IMG/VR virus record: IMGVR_UViG_3300032235_000467
DNA: 64,000 bases
Strand: one strand, 5' to 3'
DNA from: a virus
Numbering within the stretch: the first letter of the stretch is position 1; every line of letters begins with the position of its first letter. A program made the position numbers and the translations under genes. Shown piece after piece: positions 37,232-46,591 of the stretch. The notes below the pieces were generated by a model. That model was given only the letters and a program-made list of their open reading frames with translations. It was not told where the DNA came from and did not search any database.

Positions 37232-39085
37232 ATGGAATTAGGATCGGAGATACTAAGTCAGATAACTATTTTTTCTAAATACGCCAAGTACATCCCTGAA
37301 GTAAAAAGAAGGGAAACATGGGAAGAAATAGTATCTAGGTATGAGGTTATGTTAATGCAAAAGTTCCCAAATCTAAAGAAAGAGATAATGGAGAACGCTG
37401 GTTATATTGTGGATAAGAAAGTACTCCCATCAATGAGAGCCTTACAGTTCTCAGGTATAGCTGCTGAAGTAAACAATGCACGCATATACAACTGTTGCTA
37501 CCTTCCAATGGATAGCGTACATTGCTTCTCAGAGTCTATGTTTCTTTTGCTTGGCGGTACTGGAGTAGGATATTCCGTTCAGTTTCAACACGTAGAGAAG
37601 TTACCAGAGATTATAAAGCCAGTAAAACAAAAAAGGTATTTAGTACAAGATAGTATTATTGGATGGGCTGATGCTGTAAAAGTATTGATGAAGTCTTATT
37701 TTGGTAAAGGTGCTAAGCCTATATTCGATTACAGAGATGTACGTCCTAAAGGAGCTAGACTCATTACTGCAGGCGGAAAAGCACCTGGACCAGAGCCTCT
37801 TAAGATCTGCCTTACACATATAGAAGCTATACTGGATCGTAAGCAAAATGGTGAAAAGCTGACTACCTTAGAAGTGCATGATATCATGTGCCATATTGCT
37901 AACAGCGTATTGTCTGGTGGTATTAGAAGGGCTGCTATGATTGCATTGTTTAGCCATGATGATGAAGAAATGCTTACCTGTAAGTACGGTAATTGGTGGG
38001 AGCTGAACGAACAAAGGGGAAGGTCAAACAACTCCGCAGTATTGGAAAGAGGCCAGATTACAGAAGAACAGTTCAAAGCTTTGTGGAAGAAGATAGAGTT
38101 GAGTAACTCTGGAGAGCCTGGGTTCTATTGGACAAAGAATGCTGAGTGGGGAACTAACCCATGCTGCGAAATAGCCCTGCGTCCATATCAATTCTGTAAC
38201 CTGTGTGAGGTGAACGTATCTGATATCAAAGATGAACAAGATCTATTCGATAGAGTGCGTGTAGCTGCGTTCTTTGGAACCTTACAAGCATCGTTCACTG
38301 ATTTCCATTATCTCCGTCCTATTTGGCAGAAGACTACTGAAAAAGATGCTTTGCTTGGAATAGGTATGACAGGCATCGGAAGTGGAGAGATTCTTAAATA
38401 TGATCTTGAAAAAGCCGCTGAGATTGCAAAAGAAGTAAATGCGGAGTACGCAGATCTTATAGGAATTAACAGAGCTGCTCGTGTAACTTGCATAAAACCT
38501 TCAGGAACAACATCTTGTGTATTGGGCACAGCTTCTGGAATACATGCATGGCATAACGATTATTATCTCAGGACAGTAAGATTTAATAAGAGTGAAGACA
38601 TCGCTAAGTATCTTATTGCAAACCATCCTGAGATGTGTGAGGACGATGTGTTGAGATCTCATGATACTCTGTGTGCAAGGATTCCTATCAAAGCACCAGA
38701 AGGTTCAATAATGAGAAGCGAAACCCCAATAGAGTTATTGGAAAGGGTAAAGCACTTCTCAGTTAATTGGATTAAGAGTGGTCATAGGAATGGATACAAC
38801 ACCCACAACGTATCAGCTACTGTATCTCTTAAAGAAGATGAATGGCTTCCAGTAGGAGAATGGATGTGGAAAAACAGAGAACATTATAATGGGTTGTCAG
38901 TATTACCTTATTGGGGAGGTACTTATCAACAGGCTCCTTTTGAAGATATCACTAAAGAGGAGTATGAAGAAAGAGTAAGCCGTCTCACTTCTATGGACTT
39001 GACTAGTATTGTAGAAGAAGATGATACTGTAAACTTTGGGGCGATCGCAGCTTGCAGTGGTGCCAACTGTAGCGTAGAACAGTAA
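37232..39085 (+). CDS. nrdJ: Class II (B12-dependent) ribonucleotide reductase
   Basis: KY...RRETW, NC, TNPCCEI, CNL.E, TCIKPSGT and a C-terminal Cys pair (ACSGANC); no small-subunit gene nearby. Confidence 0.88.
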   Translation: MELGSEILSQITIFSKYAKYIPEVKRRETWEEIVSRYEVMLMQKFPNLKKEIMENAGYIVDKKVLPSMRALQFSGIAAEVNNARIYNCCYLPMDSVHCFSESMFLLLGGTGVGYSVQFQHVEKLPEIIKPVKQKRYLVQDSIIGWADAVKVLMKSYFGKGAKPIFDYRDVRPKGARLITAGGKAPGPEPLKICLTHIEAILDRKQNGEKLTTLEVHDIMCHIANSVLSGGIRRAAMIALFSHDDEEMLTCKYGNWWELNEQRGRSNNSAVLERGQITEEQFKALWKKIELSNSGEPGFYWTKNAEWGTNPCCEIALRPYQFCNLCEVNVSDIKDEQDLFDRVRVAAFFGTLQASFTDFHYLRPIWQKTTEKDALLGIGMTGIGSGEILKYDLEKAAEIAKEVNAEYADLIGINRAARVTCIKPSGTTSCVLGTASGIHAWHNDYYLRTVRFNKSEDIAKYLIANHPEMCEDDVLRSHDTLCARIPIKAPEGSIMRSETPIELLERVKHFSVNWIKSGHRNGYNTHNVSATVSLKEDEWLPVGEWMWKNREHYNGLSVLPYWGGTYQQAPFEDITKEEYEERVSRLTSMDLTSIVEEDDTVNFGAIAACSGANCSVEQ

Positions 39086-39126
39086 ATTTTTTGTTATTTT
39101 TTAGAAATGTGTAAAAATATAAACCA

Positions 39127-39408
39127 ATGGCACAACAATACAGAAAGAAACCAGTAGTAATAGAAGCATTTAAATATGGAATAGATAATAGACCTGATTG
39201 GTTTAATGATAAAGTAACTACAAATGAAATAGTAACTCATGTTGGATATGATTTAAGAAGTCCAGAAGAATTTTATTGTGAAATAAAAACTTTGGAAGGA
39301 GTTATGAGAGGTAATTGTGGTGATTATATTATTCAAGGAGTTAAAGGAGAAATCTATCCTTGTAAGCCTGATATCTTTGAAGCAACATATGAAAGTGTTG
39401 AACAGTAA
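39127..39408 (+). CDS. Conserved phage protein (YRKKPVVIEA / GE.YPCKPDIF type)
   Basis: Recognisable YRKKPVVIEA...IKTLEG...GDYII.GV.GE.YPCKPDIF..TY signature. Confidence 0.8.
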   Translation: MAQQYRKKPVVIEAFKYGIDNRPDWFNDKVTTNEIVTHVGYDLRSPEEFYCEIKTLEGVMRGNCGDYIIQGVKGEIYPCKPDIFEATYESVEQ

Positions 39409-39574
39409 ATTAAAAGAAGGGATAGATTATTACATAGATGAGCAGACTGGATACTTTGTATTCACTGCTCTCTATCTTTCCCAAAGAGGTAAGTGTTGTG
39501 GTAATAAATGTAAAGAATGCCCTTACGATCCTAAATGGGTAAAAGGAAATAATAATTTGATAGAACAGGAATAG
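39389..39574 (+). CDS. Small Cys-rich protein (DUF5522-like)
   Basis: DYY....VFT..YL..RG.CCG..C..CPY; in-frame ATG at 39389. Confidence 0.7.
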   Translation: MKVLNSKLKEGIDYYIDEQTGYFVFTALYLSQRGKCCGNKCKECPYDPKWVKGNNNLIEQE

Positions 39575-39586
39575 TTCTTATATTTG
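39556..39586 (+). promoter_or_regulatory. Bacteroidota-type primary sigma promoter
   Basis: TTTG - 19 nt - TATATTTG, upstream of the operon leading to MazG, PolA and GroES/EL. Confidence 0.65.
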
Positions 39587-39600
39587 TTAAAATAATAGTT

Positions 39601-39798
39601 ATGGTTGTATATGCTATATGTACCGGTATAAATCTTTTAGGAATGGGGTTCCTGTTCTATATTTACGAACAGCAGAAGGTTGTAAACACAGAGTTTTTAA
39701 AAAATGTAATCCTACACAGCGCAGTATTAGAAATGCTAAAAGATAAAACAGATGAGTTAGAAAAGCTTATCAAAGAGTTAAAAACAGAAAAAAAATAA
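39601..39798 (+). CDS. Small membrane-anchored protein
   Basis: N-terminal hydrophobic segment then a short coiled coil. Confidence 0.55.
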   Translation: MVVYAICTGINLLGMGFLFYIYEQQKVVNTEFLKNVILHSAVLEMLKDKTDELEKLIKELKTEKK

Positions 39799-39803
39799 AG
39801 GTT

Positions 39804-40034
39804 ATGAAAGTAAATTCACTAGTTTTATGTGTCTTAGGACACCCAGGAGTAATACAGCAGGATCAGATTTACACAGTAAGGGAGATTACTTCCCAAGGAA
39901 ATATTAATATTTTTGAAGTAGAGCCTCCACATCCATACAGTTCCTTTTACAGAGAAAGGTTTGTAGAAGTACAATCCTCAGATGAAATGCCAGAGATATT
40001 AGCAGAACTGTTATTTGATCAAATTGAAAATTAA
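39804..40034 (+). CDS. Hypothetical protein
   Basis: 76-aa ORF packed in the operon. Confidence 0.55.
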   Translation: MKVNSLVLCVLGHPGVIQQDQIYTVREITSQGNINIFEVEPPHPYSSFYRERFVEVQSSDEMPEILAELLFDQIEN

Positions 40035-40038
40035 TATC

Positions 40039-40353
40039 ATGCAATTTAAAGAATATCAAGAGTTAGCAAAGACAACTGCCATATACCCAGAATCAGCTAG
40101 GATATTTTATCCTTGCTTAGGACTAGCTGGGGAAGTCGGCGAAGTATGTGAGAAGGTAAAAAAGCATGTAAGAGATGGCAGACTGTTAGATAAAGAAGAT
40201 CTTAAGAAGGAATTAGGAGACATCCTATGGTATCTATCAGCAGTAGCAACTGATTTAGGAATTGATTTAGATGATGTAGCTGTTACTAATTACGAGAAGT
40301 TAAAATCTAGACAAGAGAGAAACGTTCTGCAGGGATCAGGAGACAATAGATAA
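40039..40353 (+). CDS. mazG: MazG-like NTP pyrophosphohydrolase
   Basis: LGLAGEVGEV...KKELGDILWY...N..KL..R. Confidence 0.85.
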   Translation: MQFKEYQELAKTTAIYPESARIFYPCLGLAGEVGEVCEKVKKHVRDGRLLDKEDLKKELGDILWYLSAVATDLGIDLDDVAVTNYEKLKSRQERNVLQGSGDNR

Positions 40354-40368
40354 TAAAAAATAAAGGTT

Positions 40369-42675
40369 ATGAGTGAGAAGCAATACGTCACGGTGGAAAC
40401 ACCGGATGCATTGAGGCAGATGGTCAAACACATTAGAGAGCATGACATTATTGCTTTCGATACAGAGACAACCAGTCTTAATGTCAGGAAGGGAAAAATA
40501 ATAGGAATATCAGTATCAGGAGAAGTTGGAGTGGGATATTACATGCCAACCATGGTACTAAAAGAAGGAGAGTTAGTAGACGATACTATCTACGGAGAAA
40601 GTTGCCATGATCTAGCAAAGAAAGTTATAACTCTGCTTTGCAGTAAAAAACTCATAGGGCACAACTTATCATTTGACTCCAGATTTGTAAAAGAGTTTTA
40701 CGGGATTGATATAGTACCAGCTATATACGCAGATACTATGTTACTAGTACACACAGTAGCAGAGGAAGGTGCAGGAGATGGCTTTGGTAGTTCTTTTGGT
40801 CTTAAAGACATTGCAAAGGCCATACAAGAACACATCGGTCTAGATATGGATAAAGAGGCCAATGAAGAACAAGTAGAGCTTAAAGAGTCTATAAAAGCCA
40901 ATGGTGGCACCACCACTAAAGAAAATTATGAGATATGGAAGGCAGACCTACCTATCCTATCCAAGTACGCTTGTGCGGATACAGACCTTACCCTAAGAGT
41001 ATACAACTACTATATAGAAAAACTAAAGTCAGAAGGACTAGAGAAGTTCTTTTTTGAAGATGAGGTGATGCCGCTATACAAGGAAGTTACTATTCCTATG
41101 GAGAGTAATGGTATGAAGCTTGACATGGATCTTATAATAAAGTCTAGAGAAGAGATAATAAAAGATCTTGAGGACTACAAATTACTTGTAATCAAAACTC
41201 TTTTAAAAGATCCTAGAGTAAAAGAATGGGTTATAGACAAGGCACTAGAAAAATACCCTCCTACACATAAAGGAAGTTATGCACAGCAACTGATAACAGA
41301 ATCAGGACATACTTTACCAAAGTCTGAGAAGACTGGCAAGTACACGATGAATGCTGCTACACTAAAGACTTTAGAAGAAGGTCCTATTAAAGAGTTCCTA
41401 ACAACCGGCAACATGGATGTACTCGATGCCGACCTAGCTGTAAAAGTTAGCATGAAACTATGGAAAGAAAGCCAGGGTGGAGATTTCTTTAATATTCAAT
41501 CTAAAGATCACTTAGGTAGTATTGCATTCACAGCTTTAGGCATGGAACCTATATCCACTACGGATAAAGGAAAAGACAAGTTTGATGATGACTTCATTCA
41601 GTCTATTGCAGATAAACATGAGTGGGCTAAGAATCTTCGCATTTATAATAAACTGCTAAAGATAAAGTCTACTTATATGGATAGGTTCCTGGATAAACAG
41701 GAAGATGGGATGTACTATTTTTACTACAAACAACATGCTACAGTATCAGGTAGGTATGGATCTGATGCACAACAATTACCAAGACCTAAAGAAGAAGGAG
41801 AAGAGGATCCAGTAGTATTGAAGTACAACAATATGGTCAGGGCTTTTTTTATAGCTAAACCTGGGTATATCTTTGTGGATAATGATTACGAGTCACTTGA
41901 ACCCAAAGTATTCTCCCATGTAGCAGATGATGAGGGTTTGAAAGATATATTCCGTAATGGATGGGATTTTTATTCTACTATTGCTATAAAAACTGAAAAA
42001 CTAGATCAGTACTCTCCGGATAAAAAAGCTCCAAACTATTTAAAGAAGCATGCAAATCATATTAGGCAGAAAGCAAAAGCATACTCCCTTGGTATTCCAT
42101 ATGGAATGTCTGCATATGCATTAGGAAAAAGCATTGATCTTAGTACTAAGGAAGCACAGAAACTGGTTGATGGGTACTTAAATGGATTTCCTAATCTTAA
42201 AAAATGGATGACCGACTCCAAGATATTTGTCAAGAAAGAAGGATATGTTAAAACACAAGTAGGTAGAGTTCGCCATTTACCAAAAGTTTCTTATCTTCAC
42301 GGCAAGTTTGGGGACTCATTGCTAGAGTGGGACTTCCAGAATAAACTAGAAGGACAGTTAGGAAAAGAAATGGTTACGAATATGGCGAGGGATTATAAGA
42401 ATGGTCTTAACAATAGTATGAATTTCCAGATACAAAGTCTGGCAGCTTCTATAGTAAACCGTGCTGCTATTGAAATAAACAGGGAATTTAAAAAACAAGG
42501 AATAAAAGGACAGGTAGTTGCACAGATACATGACCAGTTGGTTATGGAAGTTGATGAAACCATGGCTGATGAAGCCTGTAAAATAGTTCAAGATAAGATG
42601 GAAAATACTACCAAACTGTCATTAGATTTAGTAGCAGTTCCATCTTTGGCACATAATTTGAAGGAAGGCCATTAA
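40369..42675 (+). CDS. polA: Family A DNA polymerase with 3'-5' exonuclease
   Basis: ExoI DTET, ExoII HN..FD, ExoIII YAC.D; SGR; motif A DYESLE; motif B RQKAKAYSLGIPYG; motif C QIHD. Confidence 0.93.
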   Translation: MSEKQYVTVETPDALRQMVKHIREHDIIAFDTETTSLNVRKGKIIGISVSGEVGVGYYMPTMVLKEGELVDDTIYGESCHDLAKKVITLLCSKKLIGHNLSFDSRFVKEFYGIDIVPAIYADTMLLVHTVAEEGAGDGFGSSFGLKDIAKAIQEHIGLDMDKEANEEQVELKESIKANGGTTTKENYEIWKADLPILSKYACADTDLTLRVYNYYIEKLKSEGLEKFFFEDEVMPLYKEVTIPMESNGMKLDMDLIIKSREEIIKDLEDYKLLVIKTLLKDPRVKEWVIDKALEKYPPTHKGSYAQQLITESGHTLPKSEKTGKYTMNAATLKTLEEGPIKEFLTTGNMDVLDADLAVKVSMKLWKESQGGDFFNIQSKDHLGSIAFTALGMEPISTTDKGKDKFDDDFIQSIADKHEWAKNLRIYNKLLKIKSTYMDRFLDKQEDGMYYFYYKQHATVSGRYGSDAQQLPRPKEEGEEDPVVLKYNNMVRAFFIAKPGYIFVDNDYESLEPKVFSHVADDEGLKDIFRNGWDFYSTIAIKTEKLDQYSPDKKAPNYLKKHANHIRQKAKAYSLGIPYGMSAYALGKSIDLSTKEAQKLVDGYLNGFPNLKKWMTDSKIFVKKEGYVKTQVGRVRHLPKVSYLHGKFGDSLLEWDFQNKLEGQLGKEMVTNMARDYKNGLNNSMNFQIQSLAASIVNRAAIEINREFKKQGIKGQVVAQIHDQLVMEVDETMADEACKIVQDKMENTTKLSLDLVAVPSLAHNLKEGH

Positions 42676-42695
42676 GAAACATAAAAAATAAAACA

Positions 42696-42992
42696 ATGAG
42701 TAAATTAGTTGCATTACATGACAAAGTCATTCTAAAGAAGATTGACTCAGAAGACAAAACGGTAGGTGGTATTATTGTACCAGACATGGGGGCTGAAAAG
42801 TCGAACTACTTTGAAGTAGTTAGCGCAGGTTTAGGTATGTACGATACCCAAAATGGTAAGTACTTTCCTATGCACGTAGAAGTAGGGGATACAGTTATTG
42901 TACCAAAAGCAGTAGTAACACAAATCATTGTAGACGGTGATGAGTATTATGTATGCCGTGAAGTAGAAATCCTTTCAATTATTAAAGATTAA
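42696..42992 (+). CDS. groES: Co-chaperonin GroES
   Basis: LHDKVIL...KTVGGIIVPD...V..G.G...V.VGD.V...E.EIL. Confidence 0.92.
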   Translation: MSKLVALHDKVILKKIDSEDKTVGGIIVPDMGAEKSNYFEVVSAGLGMYDTQNGKYFPMHVEVGDTVIVPKAVVTQIIVDGDEYYVCREVEILSIIKD

Positions 42993-43243
42993 TGGATATA
43001 GTATATTCTATAACAGAGTTTAAATGGGTTAAGAAAGATAATACTTTCTATGCTGAGGCAGATACCCTGCATCCTGATGGAGATTATAAGTGTACTTTTC
43101 CAAACGGTAGGAAAAAGTTTTATATCAAGAACCATAGGACAAAAGGATTTAGAAGATTTACACTAAACAAAGAATATGATAACGTCTTACAATTCACAAG
43201 CGAAGACGGTATATTATGTAACATACAAACAAAAACAAAATGA
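42992..43243 (+). CDS. Hypothetical protein between groES and groEL
   Basis: 83 aa, overlapping both neighbours (TAATG and ATGA junctions). Confidence 0.6.
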   Translation: MDIVYSITEFKWVKKDNTFYAEADTLHPDGDYKCTFPNGRKKFYIKNHRTKGFRRFTLNKEYDNVLQFTSEDGILCNIQTKTK

Positions 43244-44895
43244 TAAAGACAGAATTTGGAACAGACCTCAAAAAGAAACTCCTAGAGGGAGTAAACAAGA
43301 TTAATGCAAGCGTATCCTCGACATTGGGGCCTGCAGGTAGAAATGTAATCATTAGGGGTGCTGATGGTGCTATTAAGATTACAAAAGATGGTGTTACAGT
43401 AGCACAATCATTTACCAAGCTTGAAGATCCTATTGAGGATATCGGAGCTCAAATGATTAAAAGCGTATCAGTAAGATCAGCAGATAAAGCTGGAGATGGT
43501 ACAACAACTTCTACATTACTTGCATCCGTAATGGTGAACGAAGGTATTAAAGCTATCACACAGGGATCTAACGCAGTAGAAGTAAAGAAAGGTATTGATA
43601 AAGCTGTATCAGCAGTAGTGGCCGGTTTGAAGTCTATCTCTAAGGATATCTCCTCAGAAGATCAGATTAAACAAGTAGCAACTATTTCTGCTAACAACGA
43701 TACTGAGATTGGTACATTAATTGCAACTGCTTTGGATAAAGTGGGTACTGATGGTGTAGTAGCTATTGAAGAGTCAAAGTCTGGTGAGACTTCTTTAGAA
43801 GTGGTAGAAGGTATGATGTTTGACAGAGGTTTCAAATCTCCATACTTTGTTACAGACAACTCTACAATGCAGGCTATATTTGATAAGCCGTTGATCTTCT
43901 TGTATGATGGTAGACTCACTAGCACTGCACAGGTGTTGCCATTGTTGCAAGCAGCTCACGCAGAAAGCCTTCCGCTACTTATTGTTGCTGAAGACATTGA
44001 ACATGAAGCACTGGCTATCTTGGTAGTTAATAAAGCAAACGCTACAATTAAAGTATGTGCTGTGAAGGCTCCTGACTTTGGTGATCGTAGGACAGCAATC
44101 TTAGAAGACATTGCAATCCTTACTGGCGCTACTGTTGTATCTCCTACCAAAGGTAACAAGATTGAGAAGATGAAGCCTGATGAGTTTAAGCCATTGTTCG
44201 GTAAAGCTCGTATGGTAAATGTATCATCTAAAGATACCACTATCATTGATGGTAAAGGATCAGTAGAAGGGATTGAGCAGAGGTTGAATGATATTAAAAA
44301 ACAAATTGAGATTGCTAAATCTAACTTTGAAATTGAAAAACTCCAAGAGAGGTTGTCAAAACTTACTGGCGGTGTTGCTATTATCAATGTTGGAGGTATG
44401 AGTGAGATCGAGATGAAGGAGAAGAAGGATCGCGTAGACGATGCATTACACGCTACTAAAGCTGCCTTAGATCAAGGTATTGTTCCTGGTGGTGGTATGG
44501 CATTGATTAACTGTATAGACTTGCTTAAAGAGGCTGTATTAAATTGTGATAACGATGATCAAGAACTGGGTGTACGTATTGTTACTAAAGCTTTGTATGC
44601 ACCATTTAAAACCATACTTACCAATGCTGGTATTGAGAATGCATACGAGATCCTAAGCAATGTAAAGAGAGATGCTAACAGTGAAGAAGATAGCACATGG
44701 TACGGATATAATGCCAAGACCGGGGAGATTCAGAACTTCTTCACAGCAGGTATTTTAGATCCTACTAAAGTAACAAGGACTGCTATTGAGAATGCTGCCA
44801 GCGTAGCTGGAACTATCCTCACTACAGAATCAGTAGTATATTTTACAGGAGATGAGAAGAAAGATGATATCGATTATAGTCAATTCATGCAATAA
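43240..44895 (+). CDS. groEL: Chaperonin GroEL
   Basis: [44 protein letters not shown]. Confidence 0.97.
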   Translation: MIKTEFGTDLKKKLLEGVNKINASVSSTLGPAGRNVIIRGADGAIKITKDGVTVAQSFTKLEDPIEDIGAQMIKSVSVRSADKAGDGTTTSTLLASVMVNEGIKAITQGSNAVEVKKGIDKAVSAVVAGLKSISKDISSEDQIKQVATISANNDTEIGTLIATALDKVGTDGVVAIEESKSGETSLEVVEGMMFDRGFKSPYFVTDNSTMQAIFDKPLIFLYDGRLTSTAQVLPLLQAAHAESLPLLIVAEDIEHEALAILVVNKANATIKVCAVKAPDFGDRRTAILEDIAILTGATVVSPTKGNKIEKMKPDEFKPLFGKARMVNVSSKDTTIIDGKGSVEGIEQRLNDIKKQIEIAKSNFEIEKLQERLSKLTGGVAIINVGGMSEIEMKEKKDRVDDALHATKAALDQGIVPGGGMALINCIDLLKEAVLNCDNDDQELGVRIVTKALYAPFKTILTNAGIENAYEILSNVKRDANSEEDSTWYGYNAKTGEIQNFFTAGILDPTKVTRTAIENAASVAGTILTTESVVYFTGDEKKDDIDYSQFMQ

Positions 44896-44906
44896 AAATA
44901 AATAAT

Positions 44907-45185
44907 ATGCAACAACAAAACCCGTTAGCAAATGTAAGATTTGATCAGACTACTGGAGTAGTATGTGAAAAATGTGGTAGTAATCTATTCACTGAAGGTT
45001 TATACCTTCGTAAGGTTTCTAAATTCCTTGTAGCTGCTACTAGCGATAAGGATCAAGTTATCCCAGTTCCAACATTCTTCTGCGTGAAGTGTAAGCATGT
45101 GAACAAAGAGTTTTCACCGCTAGGAATGGATGAAGAAACAAAAGGAGGATATGAAGAAACGGATAATTACAATCCTATTTTCTAA
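44907..45185 (+). CDS. Zinc-ribbon protein
   Basis: CEKCG...CVKC.H. Confidence 0.65.
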   Translation: MQQQNPLANVRFDQTTGVVCEKCGSNLFTEGLYLRKVSKFLVAATSDKDQVIPVPTFFCVKCKHVNKEFSPLGMDEETKGGYEETDNYNPIF

Positions 45186-45196
45186 AAATAAATGTT

Positions 45197-45391
45197 ATGA
45201 CGTTAGATGAAATAAATGAAGCAGTAGAACAATGCAACAAAAAGTTAGACGATTACAATATACAGATAGAAGCTTTGTCCAATAAGGATGATCTAATGTC
45301 TGAAGATGTACAGTCACAGTTCGACTACTTGATAAGAGAGATAGAAAAGACAACAGGAGAGCTAGAAGATTTGATAAAACAAATACAATGA
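45197..45391 (+). CDS. Small acidic coiled-coil protein
   Basis: 64-aa ORF in the operon. Confidence 0.5.
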   Translation: MTLDEINEAVEQCNKKLDDYNIQIEALSNKDDLMSEDVQSQFDYLIREIEKTTGELEDLIKQIQ

Positions 45392-46329
45392 AAGAAGCAA
45401 TCGCTTTATCAGAAAGCTTAGCTCCAAGAATCAGAAGAGAAATGGGAGAAGGGCAGAAAAGAATATCCTTCTCCCAATACTCTGTTTATGAGTCGTGCCC
45501 CCACCGTTGGTACCTCACCTACGCTCAGGGACATTATTTATTCTCAGCAAGTATTAATACTGTTTTTGGTACAGCTATACATGAAGCCATACAAAAGTAC
45601 TTGGCTATATTATTTAATGAGTCTGTTAAAGCATCAGATGCTTTTGATATGGTAGAACACTTTGAGAAAGTATTCAGAGATGAATACATTAAAGAAGTTA
45701 CTAATAACGGAGGCGCACATTTCTCTACAAAACAAGAGATGGCAGAGTTTTATCAGGATGGAGTAGAGATACTTAACTACTTTAGAAAGAAGAGAGTTGC
45801 TTATTTTTCTACAAAGGATATGGAATTACTTGGTATGGAAATACCTCTACTAACAGAGATCCGTGATATAACAGATACTTTCTTGTTTAATGGGTATATA
45901 GATTTAGTTCTTAGAGATAAGACTGACGGTACCATTTATATTGAGGATTTCAAAACATCTACTAAAGGCTGGAGAGATTACGAGAAGAAAGATGAGATTA
46001 AACAAGCCCAGATTCTTTTGTACAAGAAATACTTTGCAAAACAATTTGCAGTGGATGAATCTAAGATTGTTCCTAGGTTCCGTATATTAAAAAGAAAGTT
46101 ATATGAAAATGCCGACTTCCCTCAATCCAGAGTACAAGTGCACGAACCTGCTAACGGAAAAGCCAAAGTACACCAAGCTGGACAACGCCTTATTAACTTC
46201 ATAAACGAATGTTTTAATGAAGATGGTACTGCAAGGGAGAAGTATCATACTAAAATATCATCCGGTAACAACTGTAGATTCTGTCCATTTAAAGATAGGC
46301 CGGACCTTTGTGATAAAAAAAATATATGA
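45388..46329 (+). CDS. PD-(D/E)XK Cas4-like exonuclease
   Basis: S.S....CP, G..IH, G.ID, D.KT, Q...Y and C-terminal CRFC...C (four-Cys Fe-S arrangement). Confidence 0.85.
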   Translation: MKEAIALSESLAPRIRREMGEGQKRISFSQYSVYESCPHRWYLTYAQGHYLFSASINTVFGTAIHEAIQKYLAILFNESVKASDAFDMVEHFEKVFRDEYIKEVTNNGGAHFSTKQEMAEFYQDGVEILNYFRKKRVAYFSTKDMELLGMEIPLLTEIRDITDTFLFNGYIDLVLRDKTDGTIYIEDFKTSTKGWRDYEKKDEIKQAQILLYKKYFAKQFAVDESKIVPRFRILKRKLYENADFPQSRVQVHEPANGKAKVHQAGQRLINFINECFNEDGTAREKYHTKISSGNNCRFCPFKDRPDLCDKKNI

Positions 46330-46380
46330 TAGGCTTAATTTTAATGTAATTTTTATATATTTATTATATATAAATACATT

Positions 46381-46575
46381 ATGAAAGATAAATTAAAACT
46401 AACAAGTGTTAAAATACACAAAGATCTATCTGAAAATTTCAAGATAGAAAGCGCAAGAACAGGATTATCATTACAAAAATTTGTAAACAGGACTATTCAT
46501 TTGTACCTAACTGATCCCGAATTTCAAGTTAAAATGTTGACTTACAACAACTTAGCAACTAGTGGAAGTCTATAA
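46381..46575 (+). CDS. Small ribbon-helix-helix-like DNA-binding protein
   Basis: LTSVKI beta-strand followed by two helices; heads the glycosyltransferase operon. Confidence 0.5.
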   Translation: MKDKLKLTSVKIHKDLSENFKIESARTGLSLQKFVNRTIHLYLTDPEFQVKMLTYNNLATSGSL

Positions 46576-46591
46576 CAAATAAAAATAAATA

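Noticed and set aside
30873-40353. Z-base (2-aminoadenine) genome system suggested by the second polymerase and MazG-like gene
   Set aside because: No PurZ or dATPase gene in the window and no specific motif evidence; cannot be excluded for the rest of the genome.
35771-42675. Inteins or self-splicing introns in helicase, RNR or polymerase
   Set aside because: The ORFs are uninterrupted and of normal length, with no intein or homing endonuclease motifs seen.
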